A stretch of 64,000 bases of DNA from Caldisericia bacterium (GTDB taxonomy: Bacteria > Caldisericota > Caldisericia > JAAYUI01): the NCBI GenBank assembly GCA_017992555.1, contig JAGOOK010000002.1, positions 21,180-85,179 of the forward strand, read 5' to 3'. The translations under genes and the position numbers were made by a program. This document shows positions 37,882 through 48,474 of this stretch, in pieces; within the stretch, counting starts at the first letter, position 1, and every line of letters starts with the position of its first letter. The notes below the pieces were generated by a model. It worked only from the letters and a program-made list of their open reading frames with translations. It did not search any database and was not told the origin of the DNA.

Positions 37882-38400
37882 TTATCCTCTGAATATCTTC
37901 AGTATTCTGTATTTTACGTCACCCTTTGGGGTAACAACGCGGACAACATCGCCGGTCTCGTGGCCGAGCAGTTCCCTGCCAAGTGGAGACACATTCGAAA
38001 TCTTGTCCTCTTGCGGTTTTGCCTCGTATGTGCCAACGATTGTCACTGTCATGTTTTCATGGGTGCTAAGATTGACGACTGTTACGGTGCAGCCAATATT
38101 GACTTCGTGCAAATCTACGTCTTCGGATTCAATTATTTCACAGTCTGAAAGGATGTTTTCAAGCTGTTGTATTCTGCCCTCGATGAATGCCTGGTCTTTT
38201 TTGGCCTCATCATATTCGGCATTTTCCGATATATCTCCGAAGGTTTTTGCCTGCCTAATTCTTTCGGCAATCTCCTGCCTTTTGTTGTTTTTCAGGTCTT
38301 CTAGCTCAGCATACAGTTTTTTGTAGCCTTCTCTTGTCAGAAGGTGCTCGCTGCCATGTTTTATCTGCGGTTTTGCTTCTTCATTCTGCTTTGTGCTCAT
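37882..38400 (-). CDS. greA: transcription elongation factor GreA
   Basis: An N-terminal coiled-coil with the acidic tip residues (ISENAEYDEAK) and a C-terminal FKBP-like domain are present. Its position upstream of lysS is typical. Confidence 0.85.
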   Translation of the reverse strand: MSTKQNEEAKPQIKHGSEHLLTREGYKKLYAELEDLKNNKRQEIAERIRQAKTFGDISENAEYDEAKKDQAFIEGRIQQLENILSDCEIIESEDVDLHEVNIGCTVTVVNLSTHENMTVTIVGTYEAKPQEDKISNVSPLGRELLGHETGDVVRVVTPKGDVKYRILKIFRG

Positions 38401-38412
38401 GATGTCCTCTCC

Positions 38413-39312
38413 TTAGAGCATAACTATATTTGGTTTTTGGATGCCCAGTTTGCCAATAAGGTCCTGGTATTCTTTTTCAGTTGTTTCTTGGGGGTGTTTG
38501 CCAAGTATCGAAGCGAAAACTGCTTCCAAAACATTTGCCCCAAATGTTCTTCCATTCATGTCAGGAGTGAATGTTACAACAGCCTTTACACCCCTCTCTT
38601 TGAATTCGTCAAGGTTTTTCTTCGTTGTTGTGTTTGTGCAGATTATTTTGCCCTTCATGTCTGGAGGCATGTTTTTCCTTATATAATGAAGGTCTCCAGC
38701 TACGACATCTGCCCATGCGAAGAACCTGTTTGGTTTATTTTTCATTTTTTCCTGGCTTGAGCCGAGTGGGTAGAGCCAGTGATAAGGGAGCTTGGTTATG
38801 ATTGGCAGGAGTGTTGTTCCAAGAAACCTTATTGTCCCCAAACTGGTAACTCCAAGTGGTATTCCCAGTGAAAATGGCATATCGCCAAAAACACATCTGC
38901 ATCCTTCATCTGCAAAAGCCTTTGCAAGAAAATACCTGTCTACTGCCGTCATTACAAGTACCTTCATGTCTTTTTTTAAAAACCCCTGCTGGAACAGGTT
39001 ATGAATGACCAGAGGTTCCATTACGGCTTTAAAGTATGCGCCATCGCAAACGGGTTTTGTTGGCGCAGCTTTAGACCATTTGTAAGGTTCACGGAGGACG
39101 TATGTTTTGTTGCCAGGGCGAAGGTATATGTCTCCACCACCCATACCAAAAGCGCTGACTTCAGGATCAAGCTTTTTGAATAGCTCTACCATCTTGTCGA
39201 CATCGCCATCGGTTCCAACCCTTGAGATTTCAAATTTTTCTCCAAGAAGTTCGGTCGTATAGGCATGGTCGCGTGATGACGAACCTAAACTGACAGAAAC
39301 AATCTTTTTCAC
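38413..39312 (-). CDS. conserved hypothetical protein
   Basis: A 299-aa ORF with no motif I can assign confidently. Confidence 0.45.
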   Translation of the reverse strand: MKKIVSVSLGSSSRDHAYTTELLGEKFEISRVGTDGDVDKMVELFKKLDPEVSAFGMGGGDIYLRPGNKTYVLREPYKWSKAAPTKPVCDGAYFKAVMEPLVIHNLFQQGFLKKDMKVLVMTAVDRYFLAKAFADEGCRCVFGDMPFSLGIPLGVTSLGTIRFLGTTLLPIITKLPYHWLYPLGSSQEKMKNKPNRFFAWADVVAGDLHYIRKNMPPDMKGKIICTNTTTKKNLDEFKERGVKAVVTFTPDMNGRTFGANVLEAVFASILGKHPQETTEKEYQDLIGKLGIQKPNIVML

Positions 39313-39440
39313 AAGGCCTCCTTGAACAAACTGATATTATATCTTAAAAGCCGTTAAGGTAAATATAAAAACTGGGCCACCATTGTGACTTGGTTCTTTA
39401 GACTGTTTCTTCTTTAAATAATTACAGGTGAATTGGCTTT

Positions 39441-39950
39441 TTAGGTGTGTCTTGTTACCTTGAAACGCTGTAGCTGGACTGGGCCATCATCATATATTCC
39501 AGCTTTTCTCCTGGCTATCGCCACCTGCTGTTCTGCTGTGTCAATGCCCTCGAGGTCAGGCAGGAGAAGGCCCCTTCTTGGTCCCCTGTAGACTATCACC
39601 CCATAGGTCTTTGGATCAAGCTGTGCAATGTTGTCTATTGGCTCAGGCGAGCTAAGCACATCGACATTTATTTCAAGTTTGTCCAGCTCGTTTGGCCTGA
39701 CAGGCATGAACCTTGGGTCCTGGGAACATGCCTCAATAGCCATCTCGATTATCTCGTGGGCGATATTGGCTGTTGTTGGCAGGAAGGTCCCTATACATCC
39801 CCTCAGATCGCCATCTTCGTGTATTGAAACGAAGACACCAGCTCTCCCCTTCATGTTTTCGGGGATTGGTGCCGGTGTCTCTATTGCCTTTTTTTCGAGG
39901 ACCCATGTTCTTACTGCTTTTCTGGCCAGCTCTACAAACTCATCTGGCAT
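39441..39950 (-). CDS. AMMECR1-domain protein
   Basis: The LRGCIG motif is present at the expected length. Confidence 0.8.
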   Translation of the reverse strand: MPDEFVELARKAVRTWVLEKKAIETPAPIPENMKGRAGVFVSIHEDGDLRGCIGTFLPTTANIAHEIIEMAIEACSQDPRFMPVRPNELDKLEINVDVLSSPEPIDNIAQLDPKTYGVIVYRGPRRGLLLPDLEGIDTAEQQVAIARRKAGIYDDGPVQLQRFKVTRHT

Positions 39951-42604
39951 TATTTTATAAACCTCTCTACGTGAACAACCTTGAGTTTTCCCATTCTTTC
40001 CGGGAGACGCGCGGTTGTTATATAGAACTCTGACCTCGTTTTTTCCGCCACAACAAGTGCCCTTCCAACTTCCTCAAATACCCCGAGCTCTGACGAGATT
40101 TTGTTTGCTCTCTCGGCATCCTTGCCCATTATTGGAATCCTCTCGAATCTTGGATCTATTGATAACTCGCCCGGAAGCAGTGAAGAAGCTGTGTGGGCAA
40201 TGGATATTTTTGAAAGAAGTTGCAACAAACCTTCCTTGTGCAATCTCATTATTGCACCAGGATCAGCGACGACACCCATTTTGTTCATCTGGTCTGCGAG
40301 CTGTGCTACTGCTTCAGATATAACTGACGGCTGGGCTATTTCTGATTCTGTGACATCTATCTCTGGCTCTTCAGATTCTTTTGTCTCCTGGACCATTGGT
40401 GATGGCATGACCATCGATACCTCTTCATGCTTTTCCTCTGCTGGGGATGGAGGTGTCTCGTGGTTACAAGGAGCTTCTTCCTTTGCCGTAGTTTCGTTGC
40501 TGGAGTTTATAGAATTGGCTGCTTCTTGTGAAAGGAATTTTGAGAGATTAGGGAGCCTCAGTTTTGGGGTTCTCATGTTTTCCCCGGGCTGTTTTGTGGT
40601 TGTTTGCTGGGCTTGTGTCTGCCTTGTTGCTTCCTGCTTCGGCCAGTTTTCTGAAAAATCTTTTTCTTCGGCCTTTTCCTCAGATTCTGAAGCGGGCTCT
40701 TTGCCAAGCTCTTCAAGCGCCTCAAAATCTACTCTTGCCTGACTAGTACTGTCATCCTGATACAAAGGTTGGGTAGTGTTATCTTCTTTTGCCTCTGTTT
40801 TTTCCTCGTCTTCATCATCAGCATCATCTTCTGGGCCATGCTTCGATCTTCTCCAGAGAAGGACTGCGATGGCTATCAGGACAAGTGCCGCAAAAAGAAG
40901 AACAAGTGAAAATTGCATCGGGTTTTCAGTTGGGTTTGTCAATGTTTTCCAGAGGCTGGTAAAGAAATTTTCATTTGGCTGTTCCTGTTTGCCTGGTTCT
41001 CCCCCTGGGGAAACTGGCGATTCCGGCATCCAGGTCGACCCTTCCGGTGCAGCTTCTGGATCTGAAAGAGTGAATATGACACTCTTGTCTTTTATTGGGG
41101 GGACCTGATACAGCAGGGCCGTATCGTCAGGGTTTGCGTCCAGAATGACAGCGTACTGGTTGGTTTGGGCCAGTATAGGAGAGAACTCTGTTGTGACACT
41201 CACCAGCGATGTTGACATCGGGCTCGATGGAAGCGGTGGGAAGATCCTTCTTTCAGTTGGCGATGACAGTGTGGTTTTCGAGTAAGGTGCTATGAGAACA
41301 ACATTCCTGTTGGAAGGGTTTTTTGGGTCAATTGGCCCGGAGACCGTGTTCCAGCGTTTTGACAGCAGTTTGCCATCAACACCCGGGAGGAAGGTTGCGC
41401 CGTGGCCACCCTGGGTTCCCATTGCCAAAACGGTTATCGGCTTGTTTGAAGTTATTGTTGTGGCGTTGTAAATTTCACTTTTTTTGATCAAAGGCGATTT
41501 TGTTTCAAGCCTTTGCATCTGCCCTGCAGAGGTGAGCTCGAATTTTTGTGGTGGGATTGTTGGGTCAGACCATGTGACGAACAGTTCGGTGTTGTTCTGG
41601 TGGGCAACAATTGCGGTTGGACCAAGTGGAAGATAGGAGTAAACAAGACCTTTTTGTGGGACCGAGAAGAATGAGTAAGAGCTTGCGGTGCCATACTGGA
41701 TGGCGCAATCATAGTCTGATTGTATTTTGCGCATTCCTGCAGGCAGATTGTCAAAAACAAGCGTTTGGTTTGAGTTCAGGACAGCCTTCTTTGCCAACTC
41801 CCCCCTGTTGAATACCGACACATTGTTTCCATCCCTGAGGCTTGTGATGGCCAAAAATGATGGCACAAAAACGAGAGCCTCGCCAGAGATGAATGCTGTG
41901 CAATCGGTCTCTTCTTTTGCGAAGTTCCCCATTGCCACAGAACACAGGCCAGTGCTTTGTATTCTGATCACTGTCGGGTTTTCGGGTTTGAAGCTTCGTA
42001 TCCCTCCAGCGGGGTAGGTTTCAGGGCTTATCGTTCTTCCAAAAACATCTTTTATATAATTACCAGCGACGTCAGTGACGGTTATTTTGTTGTCTTTTGA
42101 GTAGGAGCAGATTTTGACTTCGCCTATTGCCAGTGAAACAAAATCATTGCCTATCATGTTCTCGGAGCCGACAAAGACCCTTTGCGGCGGCTGGGCTTGT
42201 GGGTTTCCGTAATAGATGTAAAAAGCTTTTCTGCCGTTTGGCTCGAGATCTACAGGTATCCTTACGGTTACCTTTCCATTCTCTATTGAGACAATCTGGT
42301 ATGGAAGGAGAGTACCCTTGTTGTCGGTCAGTCTTAGGTCAGAGGCTGTATCAGCAAGCTCCGATTTTGAAAGCGCAAGGTCGATGGCGTAAGATTTTCT
42401 GGAAACACCACCCTTCTCATACACCGTGAGCGTCCGCCTGTACTGCCAGACGCCAGTTTTAGTGGCCGCATCTGGTGTAGGTGTGGCAGCACCAACGGTG
42501 ACAAGAAGAAGAGCAATTAAGAGACCAAGCGCCCTTTTTTTCATTTTCAGGCTCCCTTTGGCCTGTCCGTTATTCTCGAAGCGCAATAGGGGCAAATGTG
42601 CCAT
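39950..42604 (-). CDS. large secreted/membrane-anchored protein with long acidic low-complexity region
   Basis: It has a signal peptide, a mid-protein TM (LVLLFAALVLIAIAVLLW) and an Asp/Glu-rich segment DDADDEDEEKTEAKED. Confidence 0.5.
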   Translation of the reverse strand: MAHLPLLRFENNGQAKGSLKMKKRALGLLIALLLVTVGAATPTPDAATKTGVWQYRRTLTVYEKGGVSRKSYAIDLALSKSELADTASDLRLTDNKGTLLPYQIVSIENGKVTVRIPVDLEPNGRKAFYIYYGNPQAQPPQRVFVGSENMIGNDFVSLAIGEVKICSYSKDNKITVTDVAGNYIKDVFGRTISPETYPAGGIRSFKPENPTVIRIQSTGLCSVAMGNFAKEETDCTAFISGEALVFVPSFLAITSLRDGNNVSVFNRGELAKKAVLNSNQTLVFDNLPAGMRKIQSDYDCAIQYGTASSYSFFSVPQKGLVYSYLPLGPTAIVAHQNNTELFVTWSDPTIPPQKFELTSAGQMQRLETKSPLIKKSEIYNATTITSNKPITVLAMGTQGGHGATFLPGVDGKLLSKRWNTVSGPIDPKNPSNRNVVLIAPYSKTTLSSPTERRIFPPLPSSPMSTSLVSVTTEFSPILAQTNQYAVILDANPDDTALLYQVPPIKDKSVIFTLSDPEAAPEGSTWMPESPVSPGGEPGKQEQPNENFFTSLWKTLTNPTENPMQFSLVLLFAALVLIAIAVLLWRRSKHGPEDDADDEDEEKTEAKEDNTTQPLYQDDSTSQARVDFEALEELGKEPASESEEKAEEKDFSENWPKQEATRQTQAQQTTTKQPGENMRTPKLRLPNLSKFLSQEAANSINSSNETTAKEEAPCNHETPPSPAEEKHEEVSMVMPSPMVQETKESEEPEIDVTESEIAQPSVISEAVAQLADQMNKMGVVADPGAIMRLHKEGLLQLLSKISIAHTASSLLPGELSIDPRFERIPIMGKDAERANKISSELGVFEEVGRALVVAEKTRSEFYITTARLPERMGKLKVVHVERFIK

Positions 42605-43200
42605 TCCGGGTCAAGGAGTTTACCGCAGGATGGACAGACTTTCTTGAGTTCCTTGTAGCAGCTTGGGCAGACCTGGTAATCAGGTTGTACCGGTGTTCCG
42701 CAGACGCCACAGATGTACTTTTCTTTTGTGAGAACGTACTGGTAATACTCTTTCTCTATTCTCCTGAGGTTTGCATCTGCCTCGATTAGTTTTGTTTCTT
42801 CAATGGTATAAGGTGGCCTGCAGGCAAGGTATATCAGCCATGGCACGACAAGCAGGGATGCGATTCCCCATAACCAACCGTAATTGGTGCGCCTGGACGC
42901 GTCAAAGTATACCCACATGGCGATAAAGATCACTGAGGCAAGGAGCGCCCATGGAACCATCGGGATGAGTGTATCAAAGAATTTGGCAATCGATGAAAAA
43001 AAGTCTGGTTCGCTTACGGTTTCGGATACCCTTGGATCACCAAGCTGTATTGTATCGACAGCAGAAGGATCACCATCCACTGCAAGAACATTTACGACGG
43101 GTCCGAAGACCATCATGGCCACGAACGCCAGAACGATAATTTTTTTCACAATGTCCTCCAAGCAAAGATTATTGATTATTCTGTTATTTTGCAAGTGCAA
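42547..43200 (-). CDS. membrane protein with C-terminal double zinc ribbon
   Basis: TM helices are followed by CGVCG...CPSCY...CPSCG...CPYC. The start is uncertain, as the gene overlaps the folC 3' end. Confidence 0.5.
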   Translation of the reverse strand: MHLQNNRIINNLCLEDIVKKIIVLAFVAMMVFGPVVNVLAVDGDPSAVDTIQLGDPRVSETVSEPDFFSSIAKFFDTLIPMVPWALLASVIFIAMWVYFDASRRTNYGWLWGIASLLVVPWLIYLACRPPYTIEETKLIEADANLRRIEKEYYQYVLTKEKYICGVCGTPVQPDYQVCPSCYKELKKVCPSCGKLLDPEWHICPYCASRITDRPKGA

Positions 43201-44494
43201 ACTGGCCTAAAAGTGTTCTCATTTCACCAACAAGGTATAGTGAGCCTGTCACTAGCACTGCGCCACCCTTCGGGGTCGATTCGATGGCCTTTACTACCGC
43301 ATCGGCAGGGTTGTCTATTGAATCGCACTCGAACAATCTTCGCCTGAAACGCATACATAGCTTGTCAGAGGAGAGTTTCCTGTAGTAACTTGGTGTGGTC
43401 GCAATGATTTTGTTGGCCATTGGGGCCAGGGCCCTTATGAACCTTGTGGTGTCCTTGTCCCTGAGGAGTCCGACCACCATTGTCAGCGAGTTGTATTTGA
43501 AGTGACGCCTAAGGGCATGAGCAAGTGCATCGGCAGATGCACCATTGTGGGCGCCATCCAGAATGATTGTTGGTTCTCCCGGAAATACTTCCAGCCTGCA
43601 TGGCCAGAAAGAGTTTTTTATGCCTTCTCTTATTGTATCTTCTGACATTTTTAGCCCCACGTTCCTGGAAGTCACTTCAGCGGCTCTTATTGCAATGGAG
43701 GCATTTTGGAGCTGATGTTCACCAAGAAGTGGAACAAAAATATCTTTTATGGTGCCAAAATCCGAGTGATAGTCCATTGTTTGCCCAATGCCGTTGGCGG
43801 CCCCTCTGTCGATATAGTCAAAATCTTTCCCCTGAATTGAAACGGTTGCGTTACGGTCTTTTGCTATTCCAAGGAGTATTTCGAGGGCCTTTGCCGGTTG
43901 TTTTGCGCAAATAAGTGGGCAGTTTTTCTTTATGATTCCAGCCTTTTCCTTGGCGATGCGCTCGAGGGTGTCGCCAAGTATTCCCATGTGGTCATACGAA
44001 ATTGCGGTTATCACCGAACAAGCCGGTTTCTCAACAACATTTGTTGCATCCAGCCTCCCACCAAGGCCAACCTCAAAGATCCCAACATGGGCGCCTGCAT
44101 TTTTGAAATGGAGCATTGCCATAGCGGTCATCACTTCAAAGAAAGTTGCTGGTCCAAGCTCGCTATCGAGCCCTTCTGCCACTTGCGAAACCGTGTCAAC
44201 AAGGTTGGAGAATTCTCCCGTTGTTATCAATTCTCCATTGACTCTTATCCGTTCCCGCAGTGATTGGAGGTGTGGGCTGGTGTAGAGACCAACCTTATAT
44301 CCAGAGGCCTGCATTATGTTTGAAATCAAAAGGGAAGTCGAGCCTTTCCCTTTTGTGCCTGTCACATGAATGTATGGATAGCAATACTGGGGACCTCCAA
44401 CCGATTCAAGCAGTGGAATCATTCTTCCAAGCCCCAACCTGGAACCGAGGTAGTGAAGGCTTCCGAGTTTGTCAAGCGCTTCACAGTAGTTCAT
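43184..44494 (-). CDS. folC: folylpolyglutamate synthase/dihydrofolate synthase (Mur ligase family)
   Basis: The P-loop HVTGTKGKGST and a Mur ligase middle/C domain are present. The start is proposed at MNYCEALDKL (44494), 1 nt after the valS stop. Confidence 0.85.
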   Translation of the reverse strand: MNYCEALDKLGSLHYLGSRLGLGRMIPLLESVGGPQYCYPYIHVTGTKGKGSTSLLISNIMQASGYKVGLYTSPHLQSLRERIRVNGELITTGEFSNLVDTVSQVAEGLDSELGPATFFEVMTAMAMLHFKNAGAHVGIFEVGLGGRLDATNVVEKPACSVITAISYDHMGILGDTLERIAKEKAGIIKKNCPLICAKQPAKALEILLGIAKDRNATVSIQGKDFDYIDRGAANGIGQTMDYHSDFGTIKDIFVPLLGEHQLQNASIAIRAAEVTSRNVGLKMSEDTIREGIKNSFWPCRLEVFPGEPTIILDGAHNGASADALAHALRRHFKYNSLTMVVGLLRDKDTTRFIRALAPMANKIIATTPSYYRKLSSDKLCMRFRRRLFECDSIDNPADAVVKAIESTPKGGAVLVTGSLYLVGEMRTLLGQFALAK

Positions 44495-44495
44495 T

Positions 44496-47111
44496 TCAGG
44501 CTCCAAGCGAAAGTGCCAGTTCATTGAGGGCAGATAGTTCGGCAGAAAGCTCTTCCTGCCTTGCCCTGTTCTTTTCAACAACCTCTGGTTTGGCCCTCTT
44601 TGCGAAGTCGGGATTTGAAAGGAGAGTCTGGATTTTGTCCATCTCTGCTCTCGTCTTTTCGATTGAGCCTGCGACCCTCTTTTTCTCCTCGACTACATCT
44701 ATTCTTCCCGAGAGATCAAGGAAGAATTTCATGTCCTTGAACACTGCAACAACAGTGCCTTCCGGCTGTGACTGCACGAGATTGAACCCCTCAATCCTGG
44801 CAAGCTTTATCACGAAGTCTTTTTCCCTCTCAAGGACCATTGCATCGTTGCCTTTTGCCATGAATGAACATGGAACAATTGCCTGGTGCACCCTGAGGCT
44901 TGCCTTGAGGTTCCTGATTGATTTTACAGCCCCCTGAAGAATATCCATCTCTTCCATAGACTGCTTGTCAAAGGTGAAATCTTCAGGTTTTGGCCAGCTT
45001 GCCACAATGAGGGCTTTTCCCTCATGCGGCAGTTTTTGCCATATCTCTTCGGTCACGAACGGAGCTATTGGATGGAGTATTCTGAGGGTATTGTCCAGTA
45101 CGAGCTTCAGGACTCTCTGTGTCCTCTCCTTGTCCTTCCCGCCAGACTGCAACGGGAGCTTCGACATTTCGACGTACCAGTCGCAGAAGTCTGTCCAGAA
45201 GAAATCATAGATCGTCCTTGCAGCTTTGGCGAAATCGAAGCAATCAAACGAGGCTGTTACTTCCTTGATGGTGTCCGACAGTTTTGAAATGATCCACCTG
45301 TCGGCAAAAGTAGGGTTCTCAATTGGTCCAGGTGTGTATCCTTCAAGGTTCATTATGGTGAACCTTGAGGCGTTCCAGACCTTGTTTATGAAGTTCCTGC
45401 CTTCAGTCAGCGCTTTGTCGCCGAGGTTTATGTCCTGCCCGCCGAGTGTCGAGAGGTATGTGAGGGTGAATCTGAGCGCGTCTGCGCCGTATTTGTCAAT
45501 AACTTCAATCGGGTCGATTGCATTTGCAAGAGATTTGCTCATCTTTCTTCCATGCTCGTCCCTTATGAGACCAGTCAGATAGACGTCATCAAACGGTTTC
45601 TTCCCGACAAGCTCCAGCCCGGAGAAGATCATTCTGGCTACCCAAAGGAATATGATGTCGTATGCGGTCAGGAGGAGCGAACCGGGGTAGTAGTATTCAA
45701 AATCCTCGGTTTTGTATGGCCAGCCAAGTGTGGCAAAAGGCCAGAGAGCGGACGAGAACCACGTATCAAGGGCATCTTCGTCCTGGTGCACCTTTCCGCC
45801 ACATTTTGGACAGGTGTCCACATCGACCCTTGAGGTAAATTCATGGTTGCATTTTTCACAGGTGAAAATTGGAATCCTGTGGCCCCACCAGCACTGCCTG
45901 GAGATGGGCCAGTCGAGGATGTTTTCCATCCAGTCAAAATAGACCTTTGTGTATCTCTCCGGCGTGAACCTGACGCCCTTTTCCCTGACGATGTCGATGG
46001 CTGGCTGGGCCAGCTCCTTCATTTTCAGGAAGAGCTGTGGTGAGAGGAGTGGTTCAATTACTGTCTTGCACTTGTCGTGGTGGCCAACAGCGTGTGAATG
46101 GGGTTCAATTTTTATGAGATAGTTTTTTTCCTCGAGTTCGGCAACGATTTTCTTCCTTGCCTCAAGCATTGTGAGGCCAACAAATCTTTCAGGGACGTCG
46201 ATCATCCTGCCATCAGGCCCCATGACAACCGGCATAGGGAGATCATGCCTCCTGCCAACCTCAAAGTCATTCGGGTCATGGGCCGGTGTGATCTTCACGG
46301 CGCCACTGCCAAACTCCCTGTCCACATATTCATCGGCAATGATCGGGATGTCTCTTCCGGCAATCGGGAGGATGACTTTTTTTCCGACGAGGTCCTTGTA
46401 TCTCTCATCGCTGGGGTTTACAGCAACAGCCGTGTCTCCAAGCATGGTTTCCGGTCTTGTCGTGGCAACAATGATCCCGTCCTCAGGATTGTCGGCAAAC
46501 GGGTATTTTATGTGCCAGAGGTTGCCCTGCGCGTCCTCGTGTTCCACCTCGATGTCTGATATGACAGTCTGGCACCTCGGGCACCAGTTGATTACCTTCT
46601 TACCCCTGTAAATGAGGCCTTTTTCGTAGTAGTGGCAGAAAACCTCGCGCACCGCTTTCTGGTAGGGTTCGTCCATGGTGAAACGGAAGTGCGACCAGTC
46701 GCATGAAATGCCAAGGCGCTTCTGCTGGTTGACAATGGTATTGCCGCACCTTTCCTTCCACTGCCAGACCCTTTTCACAAACTCTTCCCTGCCGATGTCA
46801 AACCTTGACTTGCCCTCGGTTTTGTAGAGTTCCTTCTCGACGACGATCTGGGTCGCAATGCCGGCGTGGTCAACACCGGGCAGATAAAGGGCGTTTTCAC
46901 CCTTCATCCTGTGGTATCTCGTGCAGAGGTCCTGCAGGCCATTGTTCAGAGCGTGGCCGGTGTGCAGGACGCCGGTAACGTTTGGAAGAGGCATCATGAT
47001 GACAAAGGGTTTTTTTGTCTTGTCAGGGTGCGACTCAAAAAATCCGCCGTCCATCCAGAATTTGTATATCTTTTCTTCAACCTGCCCCGGGTTGTAGGCC
47101 GCGTCCATCAT
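44496..47111 (-). CDS. valS: valyl-tRNA synthetase
   Basis: It has the HIGH-type motif LHTGHALN, KMSKS, an editing domain and a C-terminal coiled-coil. The valS-folC adjacency is classic. Confidence 0.9.
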   Translation of the reverse strand: MMDAAYNPGQVEEKIYKFWMDGGFFESHPDKTKKPFVIMMPLPNVTGVLHTGHALNNGLQDLCTRYHRMKGENALYLPGVDHAGIATQIVVEKELYKTEGKSRFDIGREEFVKRVWQWKERCGNTIVNQQKRLGISCDWSHFRFTMDEPYQKAVREVFCHYYEKGLIYRGKKVINWCPRCQTVISDIEVEHEDAQGNLWHIKYPFADNPEDGIIVATTRPETMLGDTAVAVNPSDERYKDLVGKKVILPIAGRDIPIIADEYVDREFGSGAVKITPAHDPNDFEVGRRHDLPMPVVMGPDGRMIDVPERFVGLTMLEARKKIVAELEEKNYLIKIEPHSHAVGHHDKCKTVIEPLLSPQLFLKMKELAQPAIDIVREKGVRFTPERYTKVYFDWMENILDWPISRQCWWGHRIPIFTCEKCNHEFTSRVDVDTCPKCGGKVHQDEDALDTWFSSALWPFATLGWPYKTEDFEYYYPGSLLLTAYDIIFLWVARMIFSGLELVGKKPFDDVYLTGLIRDEHGRKMSKSLANAIDPIEVIDKYGADALRFTLTYLSTLGGQDINLGDKALTEGRNFINKVWNASRFTIMNLEGYTPGPIENPTFADRWIISKLSDTIKEVTASFDCFDFAKAARTIYDFFWTDFCDWYVEMSKLPLQSGGKDKERTQRVLKLVLDNTLRILHPIAPFVTEEIWQKLPHEGKALIVASWPKPEDFTFDKQSMEEMDILQGAVKSIRNLKASLRVHQAIVPCSFMAKGNDAMVLEREKDFVIKLARIEGFNLVQSQPEGTVVAVFKDMKFFLDLSGRIDVVEEKKRVAGSIEKTRAEMDKIQTLLSNPDFAKRAKPEVVEKNRARQEELSAELSALNELALSLGA

Positions 47112-47249
47112 GGGGACCTCCTGTTAGTGTGCGTCATAACCAATGGATTTTGCCAGCAAGGACCAGCCAAGTCAAGAATTTGTTGCTAATAAAGGGCAAA
47201 AAAATGTCTATATTTTTTCTGGATCGATTTTCTTGTGAAATTACAAGCT

Positions 47250-48380
47250 TTAATTGCTCATCGGGGCAAAGAACCTGGCAACCAGGGCTGTATTGTCAGT
47301 TTTTCTGTAATGACAGTTGGCCTTGAGGAGCTTGCAAACATCAAGAAATGGAACAAAAGGCCCGGTGTCTGTCATGAATGGGGGCTCGGACAATTCAACT
47401 TCCTTGCCATTAACAAGTGCCTTTTTGCTGTCCTTGGTCAATGTCAGCTTTACCAGTTCAACCTCTGTGGTTTTGATATTGCACAACCTTTGGATTGTAT
47501 ATGTTTCACCATCACCCGTCATTGGTGCAAAGAGCACATCGGAAAGAAATTGTAGATCAATGAATGGCGTGTTGCTTTCGGACAACACGAGTGCGAAATC
47601 AGTGTAGGCATACTCAACAGTGTTGATTACTACTTTTGGATCTTTTGCGCTGAGCCAGAGATACCCGGCACCACTTTGACGGTTTATATATGATGCCTCA
47701 CCAAGCATTGCAAGACCTGGAATTTTGTAATAGTCATAGCATTCAGGATTGAGTGCTTCCCTCCGTTCCACCTGGTATTTGTACCCGTGGTATGCCTGCA
47801 CCTCAAAGTTGTAGTCCTCATCAAGGTAACTGATTGAACCAACTGGATAGATCTTGTCCGATCCCGAGATATAGTGGTTCATTGGGCCATTTCTATCAAT
47901 ATCTTTTCCAAAAAGATTATATCTCCATTTGTAATAACTGTCATCTTCTTGGAAGAACATTCCCAAAGCAATCCGGCCCTGTGGGCCATCAAGCTTGCCA
48001 AAAAGCCGCCCACTGGTAATTATCTTTTCAGCTTTTTTTACGATGTCCTTGTCTGCCGGATCAACCTTGACCGGTGATCCATATTCATCCAGAATGGGTG
48101 AATAGTGTTTCCCGGTCTCGTCTTCTACAACTTCAAATTCATAAAATGTGAGTTTGCCTTTTTCATACGAAAGCATTGGCGTGGGTTTTTTGAAAGACCA
48201 GAATGAACCACCAGAAAATGACCTATATTCATATGCGATTATCGTAAAAGGGTCCTGTGGCCAGATCATTTTCTGGATGCCAAAACTGGGTCTGGAATAT
48301 GGGATGGCAATAATTGAAAAGACAATTAGAACCAGAATAGATTTCCTTAAATTAATAATTGCAATCATTTTGCCCTCCAT
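47250..48380 (-). CDS. secreted hypothetical protein, tandem paralog A (C-terminal copper-amine-oxidase-N-like stalk domain)
   Basis: A signal peptide is present, and the conserved C-terminus reads ...CKLLKANCHYRKTDNTALVARFFAPMSN. Confidence 0.5.
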   Translation of the reverse strand: MEGKMIAIINLRKSILVLIVFSIIAIPYSRPSFGIQKMIWPQDPFTIIAYEYRSFSGGSFWSFKKPTPMLSYEKGKLTFYEFEVVEDETGKHYSPILDEYGSPVKVDPADKDIVKKAEKIITSGRLFGKLDGPQGRIALGMFFQEDDSYYKWRYNLFGKDIDRNGPMNHYISGSDKIYPVGSISYLDEDYNFEVQAYHGYKYQVERREALNPECYDYYKIPGLAMLGEASYINRQSGAGYLWLSAKDPKVVINTVEYAYTDFALVLSESNTPFIDLQFLSDVLFAPMTGDGETYTIQRLCNIKTTEVELVKLTLTKDSKKALVNGKEVELSEPPFMTDTGPFVPFLDVCKLLKANCHYRKTDNTALVARFFAPMSN

Positions 48381-48474
48381 GGACTATTGGTTTCCAATGT
48401 ATTAAACGAACCAGAAGGCAAAACAGTTCGAAGAAATTTTTGTTGAAGCACTTATCTATATTACATTGAGGGGT